Assembly: GCA_026415575.1 (NCBI GenBank)
Contig: JAOAGV010000011.1
Location: 625-64,624, forward strand
Direction: 5' to 3'
DNA length: 64,000 bases
Source of the DNA: Candidatus Sumerlaeia bacterium
GTDB lineage: Bacteria; Sumerlaeota; Sumerlaeia; JADFCW01
Part shown: piece after piece, positions 29,456 to 38,963 of the stretch
Layout: the number at the start of each line of letters is the position of its first letter
How positions within the stretch are numbered: the first letter of the stretch is position 1
Notes under the pieces: generated by a model
The model's database searches: none
Told to the model about the DNA's origin: nothing
The model's input: the letters and a program-made list of their open reading frames with translations, nothing else
Made by a program: the position numbers and the translations under genes

Positions 29456-31534
29456 ATGTCTCCTACTGCCATGAACCTACTCCATCCGATCTTTCATCTT
29501 CACGGCTACCATATCGGCTCCCGAATAGACATCGAGCGAATTCTTCCGAGCAATCTCGAGGATGAAGACTGCGACCTCCTGATAGACGACCTGTCCGAGC
29601 CGCCGCATTTTATCGAACGCCTCGCCCCTGTCAGCACCCAATTCGGCAAGGAGACCGTCCGTGGCAAGAACTGGACGGAGTTGATGATCAAAAGCCTGCG
29701 CGCGCTCGAGCGCCTGCTGGCCCAGATCACCCTCTCGATCCATCAGCTGGTCCAGTCCAAACTCGGCGAGCGCGGCATGGTGCCGTTTATGTCCGCCGAC
29801 TTCGACGCCGACACGCTCCACCGCATCATCGAGATGGACTACGAGATTGGCGAAAACATCTACGGCCGCATCCTCGAACTGTTCCGCTCCGGCGTCCTCG
29901 CGCCCACGCTCACCGTGCCGTTTCAGATCATCCTGCCTCTGGTCGAACGCGAGGACGACGTCCGGCTGCTCATCCGGATGGGACTGAACTTCTACTGGCC
30001 CCTGATGATGCGCTATCAGCGATACGTGGCCAAAGTGCACGGCGAGGATTTGTTTGTGGGGACGTTCTGGTTGCCCGAAGCCGGATACAGCACCCGCGTG
30101 CTGACGCTGCTGCATGAGGAGTTCATGGCCAAGTGCAAGGAGGAAAAAATCGCGCAGGCGCACTTGCTCCTCCTGCTCGACCACGACCAGTGCGTGCAAC
30201 ACAACGGCGATGCGCTGATGAAGTCTTGGAATGCCATTCCGCTCGACGACAAGGGCCGCACGCTCGTTTCGGTGGTGCTGCGCGACCGCACGTTCAGCGA
30301 ATGGGTCATGTACAGCAATCCGTCGGTCAAAAAGCTGCTCGACCGCACAATCGCCAAGGCGGATTCCGACCTCAATAGCAAGGGCATCGAATACTGCTGG
30401 TCGCACTTCGATGAGCTGCCGGCGCTGTGTTACAATCCCAAGACGGCGCTCAACTTCGAGCAGAAGGTGATCAAGCTGACGGAGCTGGGCTATCTGCCGA
30501 TTTCGCCCGATGTGTTTGTGCGGCGCAAACTCCTCGAACGCTATGGCCGCGCTCCCAACGAACCCGTTCATGTCCGAATCCTCGAACGCACCGCGCGGCG
30601 CGACTGGCATCCGGCCAACCCCAACATGGGCCGCTGGGAAGGCTTTCTCGACGGCAATGTTGAAACCCGCATTGTGGACGAGAACCATCCCTATTTTCGC
30701 CGCACGCCCTCCGGCCGAAAGGAAGAACCCGGCCCGCAATGCTGGAAAATTGCCTTCTGTCGGGCCATCCGCACGTGTTTTGATACGGTTCGCGGCGACT
30801 ATGACAAGGCCGGCCCCGGCATGTTGCGCGTTTTGGCCGAAATGGTTCCGACGGGCGACCGGAAAATCCGCCGGCAAAATGTCGAGCGCTTCCTTCTGGC
30901 CTATTCCTACGTCTATTGGCGCGAGCATTTTCTCAATTTCGACCTGTCCGAGGGCGATCTCAATCTTCATGTCCTTGCGCCCGAAAACCTCCTCTACGGT
31001 CTGCGTGGAGCGGAACTCACCGACGAGCAGATCATTATTGCCGCCGTCGCTGCCCAAGCCTACTACTTTGCTCTCAGCAGCCTCGAATCTTTTGCCACGC
31101 TCTGGGAGAACATGGACCAGCGCGCCGCGTATCAGTGCGTGGTGATGGCCTGCCTTGCCATGATCAATGCCATCCACGTCCATCATTGGATGGGCCGGCC
31201 CGAAATGGCCCAGAAGATCGTGGCCGTCTATCGCGAGGAACTTATCGGATTCGAGTCGGCCTATACGCGCTACAACCTTGCCTCGTTTGGGGTCAAACCC
31301 GAGGAGTGGAAACAGGCAATCAAGTCGGAGGTTCCCGACTGCCAGTTGAACATGGTCGAGCGTGCGGCGCGGCGCCTGGCTGCGCGTCATTTGCGTGACC
31401 TTGGCTACAAGCGCGAGTTTCCCAAGACCGACGAAAGCCTCTCGACCAATGTCGGTCATATCTGGTCGGCCGAGGTCGAGCACGGCAATTTCATTTGGGA
31501 AAACCCGCTCTTCTACGGCACACCGGAATCTTGA
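29456..31534 (+). CDS. Glycoside hydrolase family 57-like protein, maltose-forming amylase type
   Basis: HLHGYH, NWTELMIK, TVPFQIILP, FWLPE, GIEY...NPK, WREHF, WENMD.R, SEVP and GHI...WEN blocks resemble the Thermococcales GH57 maltogenic amylase as recalled from memory. Confidence 0.75.
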   Translation: MSPTAMNLLHPIFHLHGYHIGSRIDIERILPSNLEDEDCDLLIDDLSEPPHFIERLAPVSTQFGKETVRGKNWTELMIKSLRALERLLAQITLSIHQLVQSKLGERGMVPFMSADFDADTLHRIIEMDYEIGENIYGRILELFRSGVLAPTLTVPFQIILPLVEREDDVRLLIRMGLNFYWPLMMRYQRYVAKVHGEDLFVGTFWLPEAGYSTRVLTLLHEEFMAKCKEEKIAQAHLLLLLDHDQCVQHNGDALMKSWNAIPLDDKGRTLVSVVLRDRTFSEWVMYSNPSVKKLLDRTIAKADSDLNSKGIEYCWSHFDELPALCYNPKTALNFEQKVIKLTELGYLPISPDVFVRRKLLERYGRAPNEPVHVRILERTARRDWHPANPNMGRWEGFLDGNVETRIVDENHPYFRRTPSGRKEEPGPQCWKIAFCRAIRTCFDTVRGDYDKAGPGMLRVLAEMVPTGDRKIRRQNVERFLLAYSYVYWREHFLNFDLSEGDLNLHVLAPENLLYGLRGAELTDEQIIIAAVAAQAYYFALSSLESFATLWENMDQRAAYQCVVMACLAMINAIHVHHWMGRPEMAQKIVAVYREELIGFESAYTRYNLASFGVKPEEWKQAIKSEVPDCQLNMVERAARRLAARHLRDLGYKREFPKTDESLSTNVGHIWSAEVEHGNFIWENPLFYGTPES

Positions 31535-31594
31535 GCCGGAATGCTGTCTCCCAACATCCGGCGTGCGTGGATTGATGGAGAGGACTTTTTTCGG

Positions 31595-31735
31595 CAGGAT
31601 GAATAGGATGGGCAAGATTTAGACCCACCACGGGGCACACAGGGAAAAAGGGAACAACAAAAGCAAGGTCTCATCCCGTATTTCCGTATTCCCCGCGGCG
31701 AAGGTTTTTCCCCTGTCAATCTTGTAAATCCTGTT
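31595..31735. repeat. Inverted pair of 9-bp tandem arrays (CAGGATNNN family)
   Basis: caggatgaa/taggatggg/caagattta at 31595-31621, with the reverse-complement array cctgtc-aatcttgta-aatcctgtt at 31712-31735. Confidence 0.6.
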
Positions 31736-31786
31736 GAGATTTTCAACGCTTGGCGCAGCTGCAAACACCTTGAGCAAATTCATCTT

Positions 31787-32383
31787 ATGAATGAAGCAAT
31801 CCGCTGCTTTCTGGCTGTGGAAGTGTCCGAGTCGGTGCGGAATGCCGCCGCCCGTCTGGCCGGCAATCTCCGCAAAGGCATTCAGTTCACCAAAGCCCAC
31901 CCCGCCTGGGTTAAAATGGAAAACCAGCATTTCACGGTGGTCTTTTTGGGCAATCAAACACCGCAACAGGTCGAGCGAATCCAAACCGCCTTGAGTGATC
32001 TACCTCAGCGCATGGCCCCGTTCGAAGTCGAGGTTGCCGGTTTGGGCGTCTTTCCCAACGAACGAAGCCCGCGCGTCCTGTGGGTGGGCGTGCGCCGGGG
32101 GCGCGAGGCCTTTGCGGCGCTCTACGAGAAGGTAATCAGCCGTCTTGTGCCGCTGGGCTTTCAGCCCGAAAGCCGCCCGTTTCATCCGCACTTAACTTTG
32201 GCGCGAATCAAATCCTTTCGCGGCGCCGCCGAGATGATGGACATCGTACGGAGCCACAAAGACTGCAGCTGCGGATCGTTCAGCGCAACAGGCCTGACGC
32301 TGTTTCGCAGTCAACTTCATCCGGACGGGGCCATTTATACCGTGCTGGCGCATTGGCCATTCAGCGCGCCGTCCGCTCCCTGA
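31787..32383 (+). CDS. thpR: RNA 2',3'-cyclic phosphodiesterase (2H phosphoesterase)
   Basis: RCFLAV, QHFTVVFLG, PRVLWVG and FHPHLTLAR (two HxT motifs). Confidence 0.92.
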   Translation: MNEAIRCFLAVEVSESVRNAAARLAGNLRKGIQFTKAHPAWVKMENQHFTVVFLGNQTPQQVERIQTALSDLPQRMAPFEVEVAGLGVFPNERSPRVLWVGVRRGREAFAALYEKVISRLVPLGFQPESRPFHPHLTLARIKSFRGAAEMMDIVRSHKDCSCGSFSATGLTLFRSQLHPDGAIYTVLAHWPFSAPSAP

Positions 32384-32429
32384 CCCTGCGGTGCGGCGTT
32401 TTTCCCATCGAGGCAGGAAATCCCTTCGC

Positions 32430-33896
32430 ATGTCCACTCCAACGCAGCGGCTGTTTCGGCACTCTGCGGGCTACATGGCCGGCCAGGGCGCTTTTTTTCT
32501 CAGCCGGTTGATCTTCTACGTTGCCTTTACGCGGCTGTTTGATCCCGCCGACTATGGGACGCTCAATCTTATTTCCAGCGCGCTGTTGTTTTTTATCGTG
32601 GCCGTGCGGCTGGGACAAAACGACTCGATTGTCCGCCTGTTGCCGGATGGCGAAAAGCGCGGCAAGGCCCCGTGCTATGTGGCTTCGATTGTTCTGCCCA
32701 TGCTGGGTTTTGGCCTTGCGGCGACGGCGCTGTTGTTCGGCGTGGTTGCCGGCGCGGCCGCACTTTACCCGCTGCCGCACGATTTGCGCTGGGCCTTCTA
32801 CTTTGCCTGCCCGATTGTCGGCCTGCGTCTGGGGGCCGATCTGACCTACGCGATTCTGCGCGCGCTCGAACGGCCCGCCCCCGCCGTGACGCTCGACGCC
32901 GGCCGCAACTGGCTGACCATCGCCGCCAGTCTGGCGATGGTGTTTGCATGGCGGGCCTCGATGGCGCCATTTTTCTTGGGGCAACTGATTGGGGAACTGG
33001 TGGTGTTTGGCCTTTGTTTGCGGTTCCTTGCGCGGCGTTTCTCGCTCCGGCCGGCGGAGTTCGACCGGACAGTCTGGCGGCAGGCTCTGGCCTATGGTCT
33101 CCCGATGGTAGTGTATCACTTGTCCGCCGTTGCGCTGCTCTATTTGGACCGCTATATTGTGCTGGGATATTTCGGCCCGCGGGCGGTCGGCCACTATTCC
33201 GCGGGCTACAATCTGGCGGCGATGGTGCAGCAGATTTTTGCGCTGCCCGTCACGCTGGCTGTTGTGCCGCTGTATATGAACCTGTGGAGCCGGGGCGAGC
33301 AGGAGTCGGCGCGAACGTTTGTCGAAAGCACGTTGCGCTGGTTCTGGCTCGGCGCGTGGCCCTGCATTTTCGGCGTGGCCGCCATCAAGTCCGATTTAAT
33401 TTTGCTTTTGGCCACCGAAAAGTATCAGGAATCCAGTCCTGTTGTAACCTATGTGCTGGCCGGCTACATCGTGTATGGCGCCTATCCCATCTATGCGGCC
33501 GGGCTTCTGATTCACAAGAAAACGGGCACGCTATGCGTGTGGATGCTGACGGCGCTGGCGGTCAACGTTGGCGTCAACTTGCTGCTGGTCCCGCGGTTTC
33601 ATATTGTGGGAGCGGCGGCGGCCACAACGATTGCCTATGTCTTTTTTGCACTCGCCGTGGCGATGGCTTCGCGCCGATACCTTGCCGTGCGGCTCTGGCC
33701 GCCGCAGGCCGCGCGCTATTTGATCGGCGCGTGCGTCATGTTTTTCATCGTGCGGGCGGTTGTTTTGCCCCATCCCGCATTGTCGCTGGCCGCGCGTATT
33801 GCCGCCGGAACGGCATTCTACAGCGTATGGCTGTATCTGACCGACAGCGACGTGCGCACACAAGCGGCCCGTATCCTGCGCCGCCCGCGGCTGTAA
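32430..33896 (+). CDS. Oligosaccharide flippase (Wzx/MOP superfamily)
   Basis: FTRLFDPADYG, YGLP, LDRYIV, VGHYSAGY and LLVPRFHIVGAAAAT motifs; many TM helices. Confidence 0.88.
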   Translation: MSTPTQRLFRHSAGYMAGQGAFFLSRLIFYVAFTRLFDPADYGTLNLISSALLFFIVAVRLGQNDSIVRLLPDGEKRGKAPCYVASIVLPMLGFGLAATALLFGVVAGAAALYPLPHDLRWAFYFACPIVGLRLGADLTYAILRALERPAPAVTLDAGRNWLTIAASLAMVFAWRASMAPFFLGQLIGELVVFGLCLRFLARRFSLRPAEFDRTVWRQALAYGLPMVVYHLSAVALLYLDRYIVLGYFGPRAVGHYSAGYNLAAMVQQIFALPVTLAVVPLYMNLWSRGEQESARTFVESTLRWFWLGAWPCIFGVAAIKSDLILLLATEKYQESSPVVTYVLAGYIVYGAYPIYAAGLLIHKKTGTLCVWMLTALAVNVGVNLLLVPRFHIVGAAAATTIAYVFFALAVAMASRRYLAVRLWPPQAARYLIGACVMFFIVRAVVLPHPALSLAARIAAGTAFYSVWLYLTDSDVRTQAARILRRPRL

Positions 33897-34004
33897 CGCC
33901 GTTCCAGACTCTTGTTGCAATCTTCCGGCAGAATGCCAAAAGTCTTGTTGATTGATTGCCGCCGCTGGTGCGCGCCCATCCTTTTATGATCGGGTGAAAC
34001 AATC

Positions 34005-35228
34005 GTGGAACAACCCCAAACCATTGCCCCCCGGCAAGCACGCCCCGACGCCGACGGGCATTTCGGCGAATTCGGCGGACGCTATGTGCCCGAAACGCTC
34101 ATGCCCGCCCTGCTGGAACTCGAACAGCAATACTACCGCTTCCGCGACGATGCGGCCTTTCGCGCCGAACTCGATCATCTGCTTCGCACCTATGCGGGCC
34201 GCCCCACGCCGCTCTATTTCGCGCGCCGCCTGAGCGAACGGCTCGGCCGAGGCATCCGCGTCTATCTCAAACGCGAAGACCTTCTCCACACCGGCGCGCA
34301 CAAGATCAACAACACGCTCGGACAGGGGCTGTTGGCCCGGCGCATGGGCAAGCCGCGCGTGATTGCCGAAACCGGTGCGGGCCAGCACGGCGTGGCCACC
34401 GCCACCGCCGCGGCGCTCCTCGGCCTTCAGTGCGAAGTGTTCATGGGCGAGGAAGACATGGAACGCCAGGCGCTCAACGTCTTTCGCATGCAGTTGCTCG
34501 GCGCGCGCGTCGTGCCCGTCCATTCCGGCAGCCGCACGCTCAAAGACGCCACCAACGAGGCGTTCCGCGACTGGATGGCCCGGTGCGAAGACACCCATTA
34601 CATTGTCGGGTCGGTGGTCGGCCCACACCCGTTTCCAATGATCGTGCGCGATTTTCAATCGGTCATCGGCATTGAAGCGCGCGCGCAGATTCTGGAAATC
34701 GAAAAGCGTCTGCCCGATGTGCTGCTTGCGTGCGTCGGCGGCGGGAGCAATTCGCTGGGACTTTTCCACCCGTTCTACGAAGACCGCACCGTGCAATTTG
34801 TCGGGGTCGAGGCGGCGGGACTGGGCCGTCACACCGGCAAGCACGCGATGTCCATCACCACCGGACAGGTCGGGGTGTTTCACGGCGCGCGCGAATATGT
34901 GCTCCAGAACGACGACGGCCAGATTCAGATCGCGCACTCCATCTCGGCGGGGCTGGACTATCCGGGCGTCGGCCCCGAACATTGTTTTTATGCCGCCAGC
35001 GGGCGCGCGCGCTATGCGGCCGTGACCGACGCCGAGGCGCTCGAAGGCGTCAAGGTCCTGTGTGAACTCGAAGGCATCATTCCGGCGCTCGAATCGGCCC
35101 ATGCGGTCGCACATCTGGTTCTTCACCTGCGCGACGAACTGCCCGACGGCGCCATTGTCATCGTCTGCCTCTCCGGCCGCGGCGACAAGGATGTCTATGT
35201 GCTCAAGGAGCACTTGGGCAAGATGTGA
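34005..35228 (+). CDS. trpB: Tryptophan synthase beta chain
   Basis: [45 protein letters not shown] and LSGRGDKD motifs. Confidence 0.98.
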   Translation: MEQPQTIAPRQARPDADGHFGEFGGRYVPETLMPALLELEQQYYRFRDDAAFRAELDHLLRTYAGRPTPLYFARRLSERLGRGIRVYLKREDLLHTGAHKINNTLGQGLLARRMGKPRVIAETGAGQHGVATATAAALLGLQCEVFMGEEDMERQALNVFRMQLLGARVVPVHSGSRTLKDATNEAFRDWMARCEDTHYIVGSVVGPHPFPMIVRDFQSVIGIEARAQILEIEKRLPDVLLACVGGGSNSLGLFHPFYEDRTVQFVGVEAAGLGRHTGKHAMSITTGQVGVFHGAREYVLQNDDGQIQIAHSISAGLDYPGVGPEHCFYAASGRARYAAVTDAEALEGVKVLCELEGIIPALESAHAVAHLVLHLRDELPDGAIVIVCLSGRGDKDVYVLKEHLGKM

Positions 35229-35401
35229 GGATATTGGTTCTGTCGAAAAGTGTTTTGCTTGATGGCTGAAAGAGTGCACAACCAGATCGGTTTGCTAACA
35301 CAGGTTCGGTAATGGCTTGTCCGGAATGCCAAGCCGTGTCTTTAAACGGAAGCAAATCGTTCGGGGGGACGGCAAAATGAAAAACATCATTTCTGTCATC
35401 C

Positions 35402-35546
35402 CCCTTTGGAATGCGGCAGCCATGCTGCCGCTTTGCTTTACGGCGAATTCAAAGCAGCCAAACGGGGCCCTTTCCGGGAAAACGAACGTTTCTTTTCACA
35501 ATGGACGATTGGAAAAGCGGCAGCATGGCTGCCGCACTCCAAAGGG
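35402..35546. repeat. REP doublet (REPIN-like): two inverted 33-bp palindromic arms
   Basis: 35402-35434 and 35514-35546 are reverse complements at 32/33 positions. Each arm contains GCGGCAGC-CAT-GCTGCCGC. Confidence 0.8.
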
Positions 35547-35721
35547 TCGGCTAGCGTGACCTTTGGTTACAACCAAAGCGACGAGAGCAAGAGGTCGGAA
35601 GTTAGAAAAGATCTTCGCATCTTGGATAGGTGTCTGGACGAAAGAGTCCAAAAACCATTTGCTCTGCCGCCAAGACGCATGCGCCCTATGCTACCAATCT
35701 CGAAAGGTGGAACTCAGCGGA

Positions 35722-36576
35722 ATGAATCGAATCGAAGCAATGTTTGCCGAAAAAGCAAAGACCGGCCAAAAGGCCTTCATTCCCTTTATCACAGCGGGAT
35801 TTCCCGACCTGCCCCGCACGGAGCGGATCATTACCCTGCTGGCTGAAAACGGTGCCGATCTCATCGAGTTGGGCATTCCGTTCTCCGATCCGATTGCCGA
35901 CGGGCCGACCATTCAGCGCGCTTCGGCCGCCGCTCTGGAAGCCGGAGCCAGTGTGGCCCGAATCGTCGGACTGGTCAGACAGGTTCGACGCCAGACCGGC
36001 GTTCCCATTCTTCTTTTTAGCGCCTACAATCCGTTGTTTCACCGCGGGCTGGCGCGCGTGGCCGACGAGGCCAAACAGGCCGGCGCCGACGGATTTCTTG
36101 TGCCCGACCTCCCGCCCGAAGAGTCGGCGGAGTTCGATGCCATTCTGCGCGAGCGCGATATGCCGCTCATCTATCTGGTCGCGCCGACCACGCCGCCGCA
36201 GCGGCGCGAAAAAATTGCCCGACTTGCCCGCGGTTTCCTTTACTACATTTCGCTCAAGGGCGTTACAGGCGAGCGTGCATCGCTGCCGGCCGACCTCGAA
36301 TCGGGTGTGGCCGAGCTGCGCCGCCACACGGCGCTCCCGATTGCCGTCGGCTTCGGCATTTCGCGCCCCGAGCACGCGCGGGCCGTGGCTCGTTTCGCCG
36401 ACGGCGTCGTGGTTGGCAGCGCCATTGTGAAAAAGATCGAGGAACTGCGCGACGATCCCGACTGGGAGCACCACCTTGCCGAATTTGTCAGTTCTCTTGC
36501 CTCCGCCGCGAAAGCGTCGGTCGGGGTGGAACCCGACCCTCCGAGGGTCGGGTGCGATTTCCGAAATCACGCGTGA
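35722..36576 (+). CDS. trpA: Tryptophan synthase alpha chain
   Basis: IELGIPFSDPIADGPTIQ, PDLPPEE, GVTG, VGFGIS and DGVVVGSA motifs. Confidence 0.98.
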   Translation: MNRIEAMFAEKAKTGQKAFIPFITAGFPDLPRTERIITLLAENGADLIELGIPFSDPIADGPTIQRASAAALEAGASVARIVGLVRQVRRQTGVPILLFSAYNPLFHRGLARVADEAKQAGADGFLVPDLPPEESAEFDAILRERDMPLIYLVAPTTPPQRREKIARLARGFLYYISLKGVTGERASLPADLESGVAELRRHTALPIAVGFGISRPEHARAVARFADGVVVGSAIVKKIEELRDDPDWEHHLAEFVSSLASAAKASVGVEPDPPRVGCDFRNHA

Positions 36577-36601
36577 AACGCGCGGGGTGGCAGATTGGCG
36601 G

Positions 36602-36630
36602 TTGACAGCCGTCGCCTCAGCCGCCACACT
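36602..36630 (+). promoter_or_regulatory. Putative sigma70 promoter of accD
   Basis: TTGACA-17bp-CACACT upstream of the accD RBS. Confidence 0.5.
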
Positions 36631-36662
36631 CATTTTCACCTTTTGCTCGAGGACTGTTGATC

Positions 36663-37547
36663 ATGGCTTGGTTTCGTAAACCCCAATACACCACGCTCCG
36701 TGCGACGCCGCCCCGCGACGTCATTCCGGAAGGCCTGTGGTTCAAGTGCACCGAGTGCGTGAATTTCATCTATCGGAAAGACTTCGAGCGCAACCTGATG
36801 GTCTGCCCGAAGTGCGGCGCCCATTTCAAAATGTCGGCCATGGAGCGCATCGCCATGCTCGCCGACGAAGGCACGTGGGAGGAATTCAACGCCCATATCC
36901 GGCCGACCGATGCCCTGAAGTTCTGCGACTCCAAGCCCTACGAAAAGCGGCTTAAGGATGCCATGTCCAAGGGCGACGCGAACGAAGCGGTCCGCACCGG
37001 CCGTTGCAAGATTGACGGCCATACTGTGTTGCTGTCGGTCATGGACTTCAATTTCATTGGCGGCAGCATGGGTTCGGTGGTCGGCGAGCGTGTGACGCGC
37101 CTGATGGAGCGTGCCTGCACCGACCGCCTGCCGGTAATCTCGGTCGCCACATCGGGCGGCGCCCGCATGCAGGAAAGTATTTTGTCGCTGATGCAAATGG
37201 CCAAGACCAGCGCCGCCTGCGCCATGCTGGCCCGCGAGCGAATCCCGTATATCAGCGTGCTGACCGACCCGACGACGGCCGGCGTCATGGCCAGTTTTGC
37301 CAGTTTGGGCGACGTGATCGTGGCCGAGCCGGGCGCATTGATCGGCTTCGCAGGCCCGCGGGTCATTCAGCAGACGATTAATCAGATTCTGCCGCGCGGC
37401 TTCCAACGCTCCGACTTTGTCCTCGCCCACGGATTTGTGGATATTGTTGTCGAGCGCAAGTATTTGAAAGCCACGCTGGCCAGACTGGTGTCGTTCTTCT
37501 GGGATGAACCGAAGAGCACGGCGAAAGTGGTGCCGATGGCCTTGTAA
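36663..37547 (+). CDS. accD: Acetyl-CoA carboxylase carboxyltransferase beta subunit
   Basis: LWFKCTEC...CPKC Zn finger; GGSMGSVVGE, SGGARMQE and IGFAGPRVI motifs. Confidence 0.97.
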   Translation: MAWFRKPQYTTLRATPPRDVIPEGLWFKCTECVNFIYRKDFERNLMVCPKCGAHFKMSAMERIAMLADEGTWEEFNAHIRPTDALKFCDSKPYEKRLKDAMSKGDANEAVRTGRCKIDGHTVLLSVMDFNFIGGSMGSVVGERVTRLMERACTDRLPVISVATSGGARMQESILSLMQMAKTSAACAMLARERIPYISVLTDPTTAGVMASFASLGDVIVAEPGALIGFAGPRVIQQTINQILPRGFQRSDFVLAHGFVDIVVERKYLKATLARLVSFFWDEPKSTAKVVPMAL

Positions 37548-37691
37548 GTGGAAGCGGGAATGGCTGGAGGCATAGGATGCCACCCACCGGCTGAAGGGCG
37601 AGCACACTGCATCCGTCCAAACCCGCTTGCGGCTTTTCGCACGTGTGTTCGGGTGCCTGCCGTTTGACGCTCTCAAATCGGGAATCCCACC

Positions 37692-38798
37692 ATGGCCGAT
37701 GTCGTTCTGTGCAATGTAACCAAGGTCTATCCGCCCGGCGTAGTGGCCGTGAAGGACCTCTCGCTGGAGGTGCGCGACCGCGAGTTTATGGTTCTGGTCG
37801 GCCCCTCCGGCTGCGGCAAGTCCACAACGCTTCGGATGATCGCGGGACTGGAACCCGTGACGTCGGGGGAGATTTTTATTGCCGACCGCCAGGTCAACGA
37901 CGTTGCCCCCAAAGACCGCGATTTGGCGATGGTGTTTCAGAACTACGCGCTCTATCCGCACATGAGCGTGTATCGCAACATGGCGTTCGGGCTGCAATTG
38001 AGAGGGGGATCGCGCGCCGAAATTGACCGCCGAGTGCGCGAGGCGGCCGATATTCTGGGCATCACGCACTTGCTCGACCGCAAGCCGCGCGCCTTGTCAG
38101 GCGGCGAGCGCCAGCGCGTGGCCGTCGGCCGCGCCATTGTTCGCCAGCCGCAGGCGTTTTTGTTCGACGAGCCGCTGAGCAACCTCGACGCGAAAATGCG
38201 GGTCCAGATGCGCGCTGAACTCAGCAAACTCCACGGCCGCCTCGCCGCCACGATGATCTACGTCACGCACGATCAGGTCGAGGCCATGACCATGGGCGAC
38301 CGCATCGCCGTGATGAAGGACGGGGTCATCCAGCAGGTGGCCGAGCCGCTGGAGCTCTATGAACATCCGGCCAATCGCTTTGTCGCCGAGTTTATCGGCA
38401 GCCCGCCCATGAATTTTATCGAGGGACACCTCGAAAGCGTCGGCGGCGGCTTTTTCTTTACCGACGGACGGTTTCGCGTCGAAATGCCTCTGGCTTGTCG
38501 TGACCGGGTTGCACCGCACACGGGCAAGCGCGTCACCTTCGGCATCCGTCCGGAACATCTTTGTGAACCGGTCATGGGTGTGGACGTGGCCGGCCCGCTT
38601 GCACCCGTAACCGCCAGAGTCGAACTCATCGAGCCGATGGGCGCCGAGCAGTTCATGTATCTCAGTCTTAATGATACGACCCTGATCGCCCGGTTGGACT
38701 CGCACATCCGTGCCGAAGTCAATGAAATCCGGACGTTATATATGGAAATGAGCCAGGCCCACTTGTTCGACGCCACAACGGGACAGGCAATTTTCTAA
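37692..38798 (+). CDS. Sugar ABC transporter ATP-binding protein (MalK/UgpC/MsmX type)
   Basis: GPSGCGKST, VFQNYALYPH, LSGGERQR, DEPLSNLD and YVTHDQ motifs; C-terminal TOBE domain. Confidence 0.95.
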   Translation: MADVVLCNVTKVYPPGVVAVKDLSLEVRDREFMVLVGPSGCGKSTTLRMIAGLEPVTSGEIFIADRQVNDVAPKDRDLAMVFQNYALYPHMSVYRNMAFGLQLRGGSRAEIDRRVREAADILGITHLLDRKPRALSGGERQRVAVGRAIVRQPQAFLFDEPLSNLDAKMRVQMRAELSKLHGRLAATMIYVTHDQVEAMTMGDRIAVMKDGVIQQVAEPLELYEHPANRFVAEFIGSPPMNFIEGHLESVGGGFFFTDGRFRVEMPLACRDRVAPHTGKRVTFGIRPEHLCEPVMGVDVAGPLAPVTARVELIEPMGAEQFMYLSLNDTTLIARLDSHIRAEVNEIRTLYMEMSQAHLFDATTGQAIF

Positions 38799-38963
38799 CG
38801 TGGTCCTCGGCCACAACCAAAGAGGTCAGAGGCAAGAGATTAGAAGTTGGAAAAGATCTTCGCAAATTGGCTGCATGTTTAGACCGAAAAGTCGAAGGCG
38901 CCCGGTACGACCGCGGGCAACGGCCCCGGCGCCGTTCACCCCGCTGCGCAAGGATGCGACACC

